64,000 bases of DNA from Hypanus sabinus (taxonomy: Eukaryota): assembly GCF_030144855.1 (NCBI RefSeq), contig NC_082731.1:25110001-25174000 (forward strand), in the 5' to 3' direction. The position numbers and the translations under genes were made by a program. This document shows, piece by piece, positions 25,453 to 38,150 of the stretch. Numbering within the stretch: the stretch's first letter is position 1; every line of letters begins with the position of its first letter. The notes under the pieces were generated by a model. It was not told the origin of the DNA, ran no database searches, and saw only the letters and a list, made by a program, of their open reading frames with translations.

Positions 25453-25920
25453 GCAGGGTTCGGACATCAGTTATTTGACTGGTTAGATAGTTGACTCGGA
25501 GGATATTGGAGCATGGCTGACTAAATTGGCAATAAATGTCGGTATTGTATTGTTGAGCTGTGCGCTTGTGTTGTGCTGTTTTCTTCCTTGTCTCAAGTCT
25601 CTTGTAGTGCGTGCTGCAACCACACAATTTCCGATGGCAATTACTGAAGCAAGCCTAGTGGAGAAAGAAGCACAGATAATGTATCGTTACAGCCTATAAC
25701 ACCTGCTGAATGAAAAAGAGCAAAACGACAATGTGGGAGTAGATTGTAAGGGCTTTTGAGACTTTTTCCCTGTCTCAGGTAAAGAGGGACTGGTTTTTGG
25801 CTCAGCGGCCCAGGGTAACAGGGAAAGAATACTTTGAGATTTGGGAATAAGTGCTTGAGTTTATTGGGGCTTTTGTGCGCAGAATCTTGAGTCTTCTTTC
25901 TCTGTGTGAGACCCTATGGA
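25453..25920 (+). pseudogene. env: ERV env C-terminal remnant (TM anchor and cytoplasmic tail)
   Basis: GFGHQLFDWLDS*LGG/IGAWLTKLAINVGIVLLSCALVLCCFLPCLKSLVVRAATTQFPM, a hydrophobic anchor with CCxLPC directly upstream of the PPT and LTR. Confidence 0.75.
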
Positions 25921-25936
25921 TCTCAAAGGGGGGATA

Positions 25937-26426
25937 TATTGGTGTAAAATGTGCATTATTTGCTGTGTAACCAAAACTATCTAGTCAGCTTGCTATGCAT
26001 GTATCCAAAATGAAATCCTAGGAATGTAGAAGACAATGGTGTGTTTGAGGAAGCTAACAGATGTAGATCATGCAATCTGAGTTTGCTATTTGATATGCAT
26101 GTACCCAATTTAGCAGGAGAATGAAATATTAAGAATGTAGAAGACAAGATAGACAACAGATGTAGATTAGAACATGATTAAGTCAATGGGTAGAAACAAT
26201 AGTGTCGGATGTACGTGTGGTACGCAACTATAGACAAATTGCATATGCTAATACAACTAAACTAGGAGATTGCTATAAAACATGCTATGCTATGTCCAAA
26301 GATCTGTGGGCAATCAGCGACTAGCTACATGACTGTCTCAGCTTTGATTTACAAATTAAAGTTTAACCCTTCTTGAAGAATCTTCTGCGTCTCCTAATCA
26401 TTTGTGGGGCACGAGAAACCACGACA
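25937..26426 (+). repeat. ERV 3' LTR
   Basis: Direct repeat of 19076-19568, preceded by PPT. Confidence 0.93.
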
Positions 26427-26924
26427 CTGGCAGGGATGTTAGCAGGGCACCAATGACGAGCTTTTCAGCATAAAATAAGGAGGGCACAAAACGTGTTTTG
26501 CAAGAGTAAAGCAACATTCAAATGGCAATATTGTACAACCATGGCTGACAAGAGAAGCCACAGCGAATGCAAAAATAGAGAGGGCGTAAAACAAATCAAA
26601 AACTGCTGAAAGATAGAGGATTTGAAAGTTGTCAGAAAAACCTGCAAAGAGCAGCTAAAAGCATCATTGGTAGGGGAAAGAAGAAACATGAAAGCAAGCT
26701 GGCAGATAGTATCAAACTACATAGTAAAATCAAGTTCAATTATGTCAAAAAGGATAAATGATATATAGTATCACTATAAAATGAGGTAGGAGAAATAATA
26801 ATGGGATACAACGATATGGGCCAGTTATTTTTATGCTGTAAGTAAATGATTTAGGTCGTAAAATATATTATGTTTTTCCCAGCTTTGCAGGTGATACGAA
26901 GGTTAGATCAGAAGTTCTTCAGAC

Positions 26925-27960
26925 CATGATATAGAAGCAGAAGTACGCCATTCGTCCCGTCGACTCTGCTCTGCCATTCAGTCATGCACTGCTCAAAGTT
27001 TTCCCATCAACCCACACCCATGCTTTCACACCATACGCTTTGATGCTGTGGCTAATTGAGAAACTATCTATCTCTGTCTTAAATGCACCCGGTCACGTGA
27101 CCAGTACAGCCGCTGGTGACAGCAAATTCCACAGATTTACCACACTCTGACGAAAATAGTTTCTCAAAATCTCTGTTCTAATTTCGCTTCCTTTAACACG
27201 GAATTTGTGCCCTTTTGTCCAAGACTCATGATGGGGAACGATTTCGCTTATCTAATCTGTTCAGCCGTTTATAACATTTGGAGTTGTTCCATCATATCTC
27301 CCTCACTTTTCTGAACTCCAGGGAATGCAGCCCAGGAGCTGCCAGACTTTTCTCAAACGGTAACAATTTCATTGCTGAAATCATTCTCATGAATCTTTCT
27401 TGAACTTTCTCCAATGCAAGTATATTATTTTTAAAATAAGAAGAACAAAACATCATGCAATACTCCAAATGTGGTCTCACAAGTGTCTTATACAGCCGCA
27501 ACATCACATCCCTGCTCTTATATTTTCCACCTCTAGAAATGAATGTCAAAATTGCATTCGTCTCCTTCAACACCGACTCAACCTAGAGATCAATCTTATG
27601 TTTCTGTTGCACATATACTCCGAAATTTCTTTGCATCTCCGCAATTTGAATTTTCTCCGCAAACAAATAGTAGCTTACCTGTTTATATTTTCCACCAAAG
27701 TGCATGGACGCATACTTGTGTTTCATTTGCTGCTTCTTTGCCCAATCCCCTAAACTACCTAAGCATCTTTGCAGACTCTCCGTTTCCTCATCACTACCTA
27801 CTCCTCCACCTATCTTTGCATCAACAAATTTAGACATAACTCCATCAATCCCATCGTCGAAATCATTAACATAAATCGTAAGAAGAACTGGTCCCAACAC
27901 CCACCCATATGGAACTCAACAGGCAACCAGCAGCCGGTCAGATTAGGATCCCTTTATTCC
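26925..27960 (-). mobile_element. CR1 LINE 3' fragment
   Basis: LGPVLLTIYVNDFDDGIDG, LYKTLVRPHLEYC and the characteristic 3' tail near 26925. Confidence 0.85.
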
Positions 27961-27964
27961 CTTT

Positions 27965-28735
27965 AAGAGTATTAGAGGGACAGGTAGAGCTGAGAAAACA
28001 TGTAAGTTGCAGGAGGAAATAAACAGATTTGGAGAATGGACAAGAAAATGGAAAACGGAATATAATGTTGAAAAATGCATGGTCAAGCACTTTGTTGGTA
28101 GAAATAAATGCTTTGACTATTTAACTGAAGGAGGGGAACAAAAAGCAAAACTCGGATATCCAAAGGGACATGGGAGACCTTTTGCAGAGGAAGGTAAAGT
28201 TTAACTTGCAGGTTAAAGTCGGTGGAGAGTATGTAATCGCAACTTCAGTATTTATTTCAGAAGTCGATAATACAAGAGCAAGATGTAATGTTGAGTCTTT
28301 ATTTGGCACTGGTGATGCCTCACCTTGCGTACTGTGAACAGGTATTGGGCTTTAGAAATGATGTACTGGAATTGGAGAGAGTCCAGAAGAGGTTCACAAC
28401 GAAAACTCCAGGAATGAAATAGTTACCATACGAGGAATCTTTGATGGCTCTGTGTCTGCACAGGCTGGAATTTAGAAGGATGAGGGGGATATCACTGAAA
28501 CGTTTCAAATGTTAAAAGGCGTAGTGAGAGCAGAAATAGAATGTATGCTTCTCCTGGTGGGAGAGTTCAGGGCAAGAGGGCACAGCCTCAGTATAGAGGG
28601 GCATGCATTCAAAACAAAGATGCGGAGAAATTTATTTTGCCAGAGGCTGGTGAATCTGGATAAATTGTTGCCACGTGTAGATGTGCAGGCCAGGTTGTTG
28701 AGTTTATTTAAGGCAGAGAGTGATAGGTTCTTGCA
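27965..28735 (+). mobile_element. CR1 LINE 3' fragment
   Basis: W...W...YNVEKC, LERVQKRFT and RARGHSL..., all RT C-terminal motifs. Confidence 0.8.
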
Positions 28736-28985
28736 ATGCCCAGTCCTTTCTTTGCTCTTAAGCGGTTAAAATAATAGCGACATCTGGTAACCTCTGTCAT
28801 AACTCGAGCAAATGTGAACCTACTTTTGAATCTCATTATGTGTACATTCCCTCAGCCAGAACAGAGTTTTAACATTTCAGTTTTTCCATATTATCTGCAC
28901 ATATTATTGTAAGTGAGCATCTAGAGACGGCTGCACACAAGGAAACACACATACACACTCACAAATACATGCGTCGCGCGCGAGT

Positions 28986-29006
28986 ACACACACACACACA
29001 CACACA
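28986..29006. repeat. (CA)n microsatellite
   Basis: About 10 CA units. Confidence 0.95.
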
Positions 29007-29999
29007 TTCCTGAAGAGACAAAATCTAATATAAAACACAATTGTTCGGTCACGTTTATGTAGATACTTCAAATATTAAGATTGTAAGTTGATAAACTTGT
29101 TCTGCATTGTGCCCCAGTGACACCTTATAGTGGTGATGGAACTGCCATGATACAAAGTCCAACGAGCTCATGAAACGTTTCTATATTAGAAAATGAAGGC
29201 ATCCCGAAACATGACAATAAATAACACAAACATATGCCGGAAGATGGCACGCTGTCCGACGTAATCTATCTGATCGCGTATTTCTGTCCCAGCCTTAAAG
29301 CTGTGAGTTGCTTATTCCATTTCGAGGATTCAAAGCATGTGCCATTTATCTGGAGCGTGAGCGTGAGAGTGTGAGTGATAGTGAAAATGTGAGTGATTTT
29401 GTGTGCGTAGCATAACGGTGTGAGAGAGGAAGAGTCAGGCGGCTTGTTTCGCTTCAGTCTGATACTAACGCTGTATTACTTCTGGAATATTTATTGCAGT
29501 AAATTACCAAATTCATCCGCCCACTCAATTTTAATCACCATAATCAAAACACACTGGATATGTAAAGATTGCTCGATACCATGGTTCAAAGTCCATCAGT
29601 AATATTTGTAATTAAGGAAGAACGATTATGTATTCGCAGAGGCACTGAAGTACATTGGCTCATCAGCATGTCATTGCATTCACAGCTGAATGAGTTTTCT
29701 TGCAGATGGATGAGGTGATAATGTAAGTAATGCCGTTGACTGCACAGAGAAAGTTTTTCGTCAAAATTAAACCGATTGTAATCAGATTACTCTGATTGTA
29801 ATCTGAGTGTGATTGTAATCACACACAGATTATGTGTCTAATCTGTATTGCACACATTGTTTCGCAAATAAAGAGCAGGAAGGCTGGACAATATTCCGGA
29901 GATAGTCCTCACGGAACTTCCTTTCGGTTCCTCCCACTTTCTCCCAACACACGGTGTTGCAATGGTAACTCGCATTTCCTGGCACCACCACCACCACAC

Positions 30000-30865
30000 A
30001 CCCCCGGCACCACTCACCCATCCGCCCCTTTTCTCACTACGATTCTATTTTCGTCAACTACGTCGAACATTCATTGCCCAAGCCAATAGTGGTCTCGTCA
30101 ATTTCCTCAACATTGCCTCCAACTGCCATAGCACCCATCAAATAAGTTGTTCAATTACTGACACATTCTTACCATTCTCTATCATATCTAACCTGGTCCC
30201 AACGTATTGATACAGTCATAAAGAAGGCAAAACAACAGCTATAGTTTATTCGCAGTTGGAAGAGACTTGGCATGTCAACAAATTCACCCAAAAACTTCTA
30301 TAGTTGTGACGTGGAGAGGATTCTGGCAGGCCACAGCACTATCTGGTATGGAACGGCTACTGCACGGGACCGAAATAAGCTGCAAAACGTTGTAAATGTG
30401 GTAAGCTCCATTTTGGGCACTAGCCTGCAAAGTACCCGGAAAATCATTAGGGAGCGGTGCCTCTGAAATGTAGCTTAGGTTTTTATTCACTGTTACCATC
30501 AGGTACGAGGTACAGAAGCCTGAAGTCACACACTTTGCGATTTAGGAACAGCTTCTTCCTCTGTGCCATCCGATGCCTATGTGGACGTTGAAGCGTTGGA
30601 CACTACCTCAATTTTTTTTAATATACCGTATTTCTGTTTTTGCACATTGTTTTCAAAAATCTATTCAATATACGTAATTGTTTCATTTCTTTATTTATTT
30701 TATTAATATATACATGCATTATTATTATTATTATTATTATTACTACTACTACTACTACTGCCACTTTTCTCTCTCCAATAGACTATGCATCGCATTGATC
30801 TGCTGCTAAGTTAACAAATTTCACGTCACATGCTGCTGATAATAAAACTGATTCCGTTTCTGACT
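30000..30865 (+). mobile_element. Rex1/Babar (L2/CR1 group) LINE 3' fragment
   Basis: KKAKQQL*FIR..KRLGMS..KNFYSC.VE.IL....IWYG...DRNKLQ.VV motif; 3' end ...aataaaactgattc. Confidence 0.75.
30718..30759. repeat. Compound (ATT)n(ACT)n microsatellite
   Basis: Direct reading. Confidence 0.95.
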
Positions 30866-33800
30866 CTTTGACTGCAGCCTTGGGGACACCGGGAGATGGC
30901 TGATAATTTATTTTTAAGCCTAGTGACACGCTCAGTAATCTTGACATGACTTCTTTTCACGCTGGCACTTGTAAATAATGTCATTTCATTTTCGCATCTC
31001 GCTATTGTTTTCGTATTCTTTCAAAGGACGAAGGATAACCCTACTGGCCTCAAAAGGGTCAGGAAGGAGCTTTCACATCAGTTTCAAGGAACTTTAGTAG
31101 AAACCGAATCAAAACATTTGCTCATTGAACCTGACACGTTTTCGTAACTTCAAAAAACCACAAAATGTTCATTACAGTCGTGGATAGCAGAATTGGAAGG
31201 AGTTTAGAACACCTTGTGGGTGACGAAATTGACTGGAGTGAAGTAAGGTGATGCGACAGCGAACAATAGTTGTTGCCATTAGATCTTCCAAGTGGGAAGC
31301 AAATAACGGAAATATGAGTATTTCCGAAAAGTAATGTCTACACTAACGGCTGAGGTGTTCTGAGTGTTCTTTCATTGAGTTCATGTATATATATAATGAT
31401 AATTATCATGGCTTTTATTTCCACTTAAATGTCTTACGGCAGGGAGGAATCTTTTTGTGTCTTCTGGCTAATGTGCATTCGTAAACTGGGGGTTAAATTA
31501 CAACGAACCACATATTAGCAGCCTCAGTCCAATGGTCTTTGCTAGAGGTTCCATCTTTCAATGAAAGCCGCTCTCGGTGCATGCCTTAGGGGAGGTAGTT
31601 GCGTGGGCAGATTGCCTTGGATCATGTGGACCTGAATACGGAAACTCCCATCCTCCACAGTCCCATTGTCCGCGTCGCAGTAGCTTTTGGCTTTTATGGG
31701 CTTAAAACGCAGCATGGCCTTCCACTGTCGTACACTTCCGCGGGTCCGCTGGCTTGACGGTCCATTCCCCATGTTGGAAGAGGAATAAGTCTTTTTTCGA
31801 CAGATTAAGTTATCCCGGGCTGTGTTTCAATGCGCCGTCTCCAGCCTTCCCATTTGGATCTGGACTCTCCTGTGGAAGTGCTACAGCTCCCGTGATGCGG
31901 CTGCCTACCACCTCCAGATGTTATGAATTAATTATTTTCCTCCCCTGCTCCTACTAGTGAAGACAGGCAGCAGCAGGTACGGCCGAGTTTCAGGCACCTG
32001 CTCGTTTGACTTTGTTTGCTAGGGTAAATTCTATGGGAGGTGGGGACCGGTGTGTGTAGGGAATTTTTAAATTCATTAGTCAACAGTCACCCAGACTTTT
32101 AATGGTTACGTTCGCTTTATATATCAAGTGTTACAATACTATGTTTTGGACGTTTTTTTTTTCTCTGAAGTATACGACGGCGCAGTTTATTTGCGTGGCA
32201 AATAACGTATCCATTTGAAGTAATTATACACGTCTCGATTATTGTCGGCACTCCTGCAATAGGAATGAAGTGTTTTTTTTAAACAAGGGTGTAAAAGACA
32301 AACAGGCGTAACGTGAATATAAGGATCCCATCACAGATGAATCATACTTAAATAAAAATCTTAATTGCATTAATGTTAAATATTGCATGGTACGGAATAG
32401 TTTGAACAGTAGCAATGAGGCTAACAGTATGGAAATTGTATTTAGAATAATCTGTCTTTCGAAACCTTATTGTTCCAGTGCATTTTCTGTGAGACCAAGA
32501 GTGACATGAACAATTGTATCGTCATGTATAGAATGGGCCTGCAGACTTGTATAGTACGAAGAGGGAAATTATCGTGTCAAATCATACAGCATGATCACAG
32601 TAGCAATGCTCCAATGACACATAAATAGGTGCAGAGTTGAGTATAATACCTCCAGAGTCAAAATTTAACTGAATTGAACCAGAGTTGGATCATACACTTA
32701 TGAATATACCTCAAAGATAAAACCCAATCTGGAGGTTAAATAATCATCTGTAATATAATCTAGGACAACGATCAGCATAATATGCGATGTTTCAAGGATG
32801 AAAGCCACACGATCAAGCACAACACATTTTAAAATGCAGACAAGGAGTAATATATTTTAAACATCACAGAGGTGTCTTGAATGCAAAGATAAAATGTATA
32901 GCATAACATTACCTGAAATAGTTCCCAATATAATATAGGCAGCTGCAGAACTGTGAACAGAGACAGGATCTATACCAAGAATCCTGCATATACTTAAAAT
33001 ATTATTTCATAGATAGGTGAAGGAGCTGTTTGATGCGCAAAGCTGGATTCCAGTATAAACATATGTAAGGAAACATGATGACCACTTTCTGAGGACATTG
33101 GATGAAAAACGTGTTAGAGATAAAGAAATGTGTACTTCCAATCTCAGAGTTGTGGCCGCATTTGTTGACATTTCGACAGAACTTAAAGTACGGGAATAAA
33201 CAACACCGGCATGGCCTTATCCGTGCACGATTTTATGACTTCCCATTTATGTTAAAAATGTCTTAGTTAATATGGCTATATCGATTGCACATAGTTCCCG
33301 TCAATCTATTTTCAGCGAATTCAGCTGTCCATTAAAGCGCCTCACAAAGATATTGCTCTGTTCATATTAAACTATCACAATCTGTTATATTAAAGGACCA
33401 CACTAATAGAGTATAATATTTTGTAATAGTACTCAGCATTTACAAAGAAAAGCCATTAATCTATACACGTAAGTAAACGGCCCGCAGTATTCTGCACAGT
33501 GGCTGCAGATGGAAAGCAGTGGAATACTTGAAGTGCTGGAAATATGCAAAGTATTCCTCGAGTGAGAAATGTCCAGGTAGACAAGAGTTCAAGTAATATA
33601 GGGCAATAGAACCTATCTATAATGGCCTACTCAAACAGAATGACAACTACTTCGTCTGAGAAAAAAAATAATCAAAACAACAAATTGGTGGGGATTTGGA
33701 ACCACAGTGATTGCTCACAATCTGGGATACTTAGAGAGATTGCAGCGTAGGGTTCATAATTGTAATCTTCTGTGTCGTTTGAAATGTGTCTATTTTAATG

Positions 33801-34084
33801 CGAAAATTATCGGGCGTAAGAAAGATCAATACAGGTAATGGTTCAGTGTATTGGCTTATAACTTAGTGGCCATGACTAAAAGTTGGCTTTCACAAAGGTA
33901 GAAATAACAACTGGCAGCTTCGGCTTATGTATCTGTCAAAAGGAAGAGAGAGACAGTTAAAAGTGGTGAGTAAGTGGCACTGCCGAACAGCGATCCTAAC
34001 ATAGCCACCGAAATGGAACATGCCCTGGAGGGATGACCTGCAGAGTAAGAATGGTAGAAGTATGCAAATGTCAGGGACAACCAC

Positions 34085-37000
34085 TAGAATTGGAATACTG
34101 GAACACTAGAATACTACAGCGCAGTACAGTGCCTTCAGCCCTCAATGTTGTGCCGACCCATATATTCCTAAAAAAAAGTACTAAACCTAGACAGCCCCGT
34201 AAAGCTTAAATTTCCTTCAACCATGTACCTGTCCAAGAGGCTCTTAAATACCCCTCATGCTTTAACCTCCACCTCCATCCTTGGTAAGCAATTTCAGGCA
34301 CCAACAAACTTCCGTGTAAAAAAAAATATTCCTGATTTCTTCCCTCTGATGTTTGGTATCCGTGCCCTGGATGACAGGTATTGGATATCCACCCTATCTA
34401 TGCCTCCCATAATCTTGTAAACCTCCATCATGTCCCCTCTCAGCCTTCTACGCTACGAAGAGAAAAGTTCCAGCTCTGCTAACCTTGGCTTATTAGACCT
34501 GTTTTTCAATCAATGCGACTTTCTGGTAAATCTCCACTGCACCCTCTACATAGCTTCCACATACTTCCTATAATGAGGTGACCGGAACTGAACAGAATAT
34601 TCTAAGTATGGTCTCACCAGAGCTTTATAGAGTTGCAACGTGACCTCTCTACACTTGAACTCAATTCCCTTATTAATGTAGCCCAGCATCCACAAGGCCT
34701 TAACTTTCCTCTCAGCCTATGTAGTAAACAATGATGGATGTATTGATTTGAACCCCAAGGACCCATTGATCATCCACACTCGTAAGTAACCGACCATTAA
34801 CCCTGTACTCAGCCTTCTGGTTCGTCCTTCCATAATGCATCATCTCACACCAGTCCGGCTTGAAATCCATCTGCGACTTTTCTGCCCAGATCCGCAGTCT
34901 GTCTTTATCCTCTTGTAACCATCGACAACCTAGAGCTCCATCCACATGACATCCAAGATGACATCCAATCTTCATGTCATGCGCAAACTTACTCACCCAT
35001 CCTTCCGACAATTCATACAGCACATTTGAAAAAAATAAAATCACAAAGAACAGGGCCCCAGGACAGATCCTTGCGGCACTTCACTAGCCTCCGACCTGCA
35101 GGCAGAATAGTTTCCTTCCAGTAATACCCTCTGAGTTCTTCTTGTAAGCCATTACTTTTATCCCAAAGCCAATGTTCCTCTAAACCCATACCTCATGAAA
35201 TTTTGGATGCGTCCCTTGTGCGGGACCTTGTCAAAATGGCTTGCTAAACTCCATGCAGACCATATGTACAGCCCTACCCTCATTAATTTACTTTGGTACC
35301 TCATCAAAAAGCTCTGTTAGGTTCGTGAAGCACGACCTTCCCTTCACAAAGCCATGCAGAGTAGCGTCCTTGAGTAGACTGTACTTCTACAAATGCTCGT
35401 AGATCCTATCCTTGTGAATCATTTCCAATAGTTTTCAAACCACAGACGTAAGACTCACCGGTCTATAGTTCCTAGTATTTTCACCATTAACTTATTTTTA
35501 AAAATGGGACTACATTTGCCAATCTCCAATCCTCCAGCACCTCCACTGCATGCAAAGTGGATTCAAAGTGCATAGCTACTGATCCAGCGATCTCTTCTCT
35601 CACTTGCCAGAGCAATCTGGGGTAAATCACGTCCGGCCTGGGGCATATCAATCTTGATGGATTTAAGAAAATCCAACACACTCTACCTTAATCTCCACAT
35701 TGTCCAGCACACCAGCAAGTTCTACTTGGACCTCACCCTAATCTACGTCCTTTTCACTTGTGAATACTGAAGCAATCTAGGACCTCCCCAACCTCCTCAG
35801 CCTCAAGGCACATGTTGCCTTCTTCATACTTTAGCGCCCCCACCTTCATTCTTGTCATCCTTCTGTTCTTCATACAGGCATGAAACTCCGTGGGGTTCTC
35901 CTTCATCCTACATGCCAAGGCCTTCTTATGTCCCTATTAGAACTCTCCTAAATCCTTTCATAAGCTCCTTCCTGAGTACCCTATCTTTATTATGAGCCCC
36001 TCCTGCTTCCTGTTTCTTATATCTAACGTCTGCTTCCTTCCTCTATTTGACGGGCTGCGTCACGTGTTTCGTCAGAAACCGATCCTTTTTCCTAACATTT
36101 TTTCCTTGTCTCAGTGGGACAAACCTACCCTGAACCTGGCACAAGTGGCCTCTAAACTTATTCCACATTACTTCTGTGCTTTCACCCTTGAACATTTGTT
36201 TCCAATTTATTATCGCTAGTACCTGCCTCATCCCTTCATAGTTAACATTTCCCTAGTTAAGCACTTTCCCATTTTGTTTAATTTTATCATTTTCCATAGC
36301 TATGGTGAAGCTAAGGGCGTTGTGGTCACTCTTTCCAAAATCCGCCCCACCAAGACGTCTGCCACCTGCCCAGGTTCATTAACCAGAACTACATCCATTA
36401 TAGCCTCTCCTTCCGTTGGCCTATCCACATAGTGTGTCAGGAATCCTTCTTGAACACAGTGACAAATTAATCCCCATCTATCCCCCTTGTAGTGCCAGTC
36501 ATTGTGGGGGAAGTTGAAGTCATCTAGAACTAAACCCTGTATTTCCTGCAGCATTCTAAAATCTACTTGTTTCTCTGCTTCTCGGGGTTCCGAGAGCTAA
36601 TTGAGTAGCTACAGACTACGCCCAGCAGAGTGATTGATCTATCCCTATTTCTGAATCGACCTAAACCGACTCAGTGGACACTCCCTCTGCAGCGTTCACC
36701 TTTTCTATAGCCGTGATACTATCCTAGACTAGTAATGCTAACTCCCTCCCCTTTTCTATCTCCCATTCAATTCCTTCTAAAACACCTAAACCCCGGTACC
36801 TGCATCAGCCAGCCCTGCCCTTTCTTCTTTCAAATTTCAATATTGGCCACAATATTTGCACTTTCTGTCTCCTCCCCATTCATCTCCTGATAGTCACTCA
36901 ATAATCTGTCTCCTGCCTTTTCAGCTTGACTGTCTCCCTGAAACTCCGATCTATTACTGACTTTTCTTCCAGAATGATCTGAAGTTCATACAGGTCGAGC

Positions 37001-37300
37001 TCCAGTTCCCCAACTCGGTTTGACAGGAGCTGCAGATCTATACACATTTTGCAGGTGTAGTCATCAGAGACAATTCTGCTACCCCTCACTTCCCACACAC
37101 TACAATCGGACGTTGGACTGCTCTATTTACTGCCTCCGTTACCAACTACCAAATGAAATAAAGTAATTAAAGAAACTTCCCCGGCCTTAGCTCACTGGGA
37201 GCGAGCTCGTATACCGCCTCTTCTCACCGAAGCCTGTCGAGACAAAGGCTCTATTTCACTAGCCCACTCACTCACTGGCAGCTCTCCACTGAATAATTTA
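34085..37300 (-). mobile_element. Near full-length CR1 LINE (ORF1 remnant plus ORF2), degenerate with internal deletions
   Basis: ORF1 Cys motif YTCKMC.DLQLL..RVGELE (36898-37098), DFNFP endonuclease, PD.IYPRLL, and KFAHDMKIG (RT). Confidence 0.85.
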
Positions 37301-37439
37301 CAAATACTTTAGGAAAAAGAATGATTTACAAATAATTTACATAACGAAAACTGAAAGATTTTAGTCGTTAAGATTGCTACTACAAAATAACTGCGGGCTA
37401 ACTTGAGAAAGTGCACTTATGGTAATAGGTTTTCGTTTC

Positions 37440-38150
37440 GGCTAAAGCTAAGGGCTACGGTGACTCCAGTTTCCATCCAAGGGGTCAGTGTGGACATGGT
37501 GGAGGATTACAAATTCCTGGTGATAGGAATTGATAATAAACTGGAATGGTCAAAGAACACTGAGGCTGACGACAAGAAGGGTCAGAGCCTTCTCCATTAC
37601 CTGAGGAGACGGAGGTCATTTACCATCTGCCGGACGATGCTAAGGATGTTCTACGAGTTTGTGGAGGCCAGTGCTATTATGTTTGCTGTTGTATGCTGGC
37701 GCTGCAGGCTAACGGTACCAGGCAACAACAGAATCAACAAACTCATTCTTAAGGCCCGTGATGTTTTGGGGGTGGAACTGGACTCTCTGATGGTGGTATC
37801 TGAAAAGAGGATGCTGTCCAAGTTGCATGCCATCTTGGATAATGAGTCCCATCCACTCCATAATTTACTGTTTAGGCACAGGAGTACATTCAGCAAGACA
37901 CTCATTCCACCGAGCTGTAACACTGAGCGGCATAGGAATTCATTCCTGCCTGTGGCCTTCAAACTTTACAACTCCTCCTTCGGAGTGTCAGACACCCTGA
38001 GCCAATAGGCAGGTCCTGGACTAACTTCCACTTGGCATAATTAAATTATTTATTATTTATGGTTTTACATTGCTATATTTCTACACTATTCCTGGTTGGT
38101 GCGGCTGTAACGAAACATAATTTCCCTCGCGATCAATAAAGTATGTCTGT
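37440..38150 (+). mobile_element. Rex1/Babar LINE 3' fragment
   Basis: ORF 37403-38008: KKGQS.L.YLRR.RSF.IC..ML.MFY..V.ASAI.FAVVCW, ending R.RNSFLP.A.KLYN; 3' caataaagtatgtc. Confidence 0.8.

Larger units (their letters stand above)
19076..26426 (+). mobile_element. Endogenous retrovirus, epsilon-like (fish ERV type), defective with internal deletion
   Basis: LTRs at 19076-19568 and 25937-26426, PBS 19573-19590 and PPT aaagggggga 25925-25934. Gag with CCHC, PR, RT, RNase H, IN N-terminus and env TM tail are recognisable. Confidence 0.95.
28760..31320 (+). pseudogene. Cassette C: NAR-TCR cassette flanks with all gene segments deleted
   Basis: 28760-29900 and 30990-31150 align with the region upstream of the intact V (59350-60825). 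From ~31150 the sequence aligns with 11075-11280, which lies downstream of supporting V-A. Confidence 0.72.

Noticed and set aside
33480-33540. CACAGTG after tattctg, resembling the end of a V gene
   Set aside because: No nonamer at 12 or 23 nt, and upstream frames lack C-W-C Ig motifs and contain stops.
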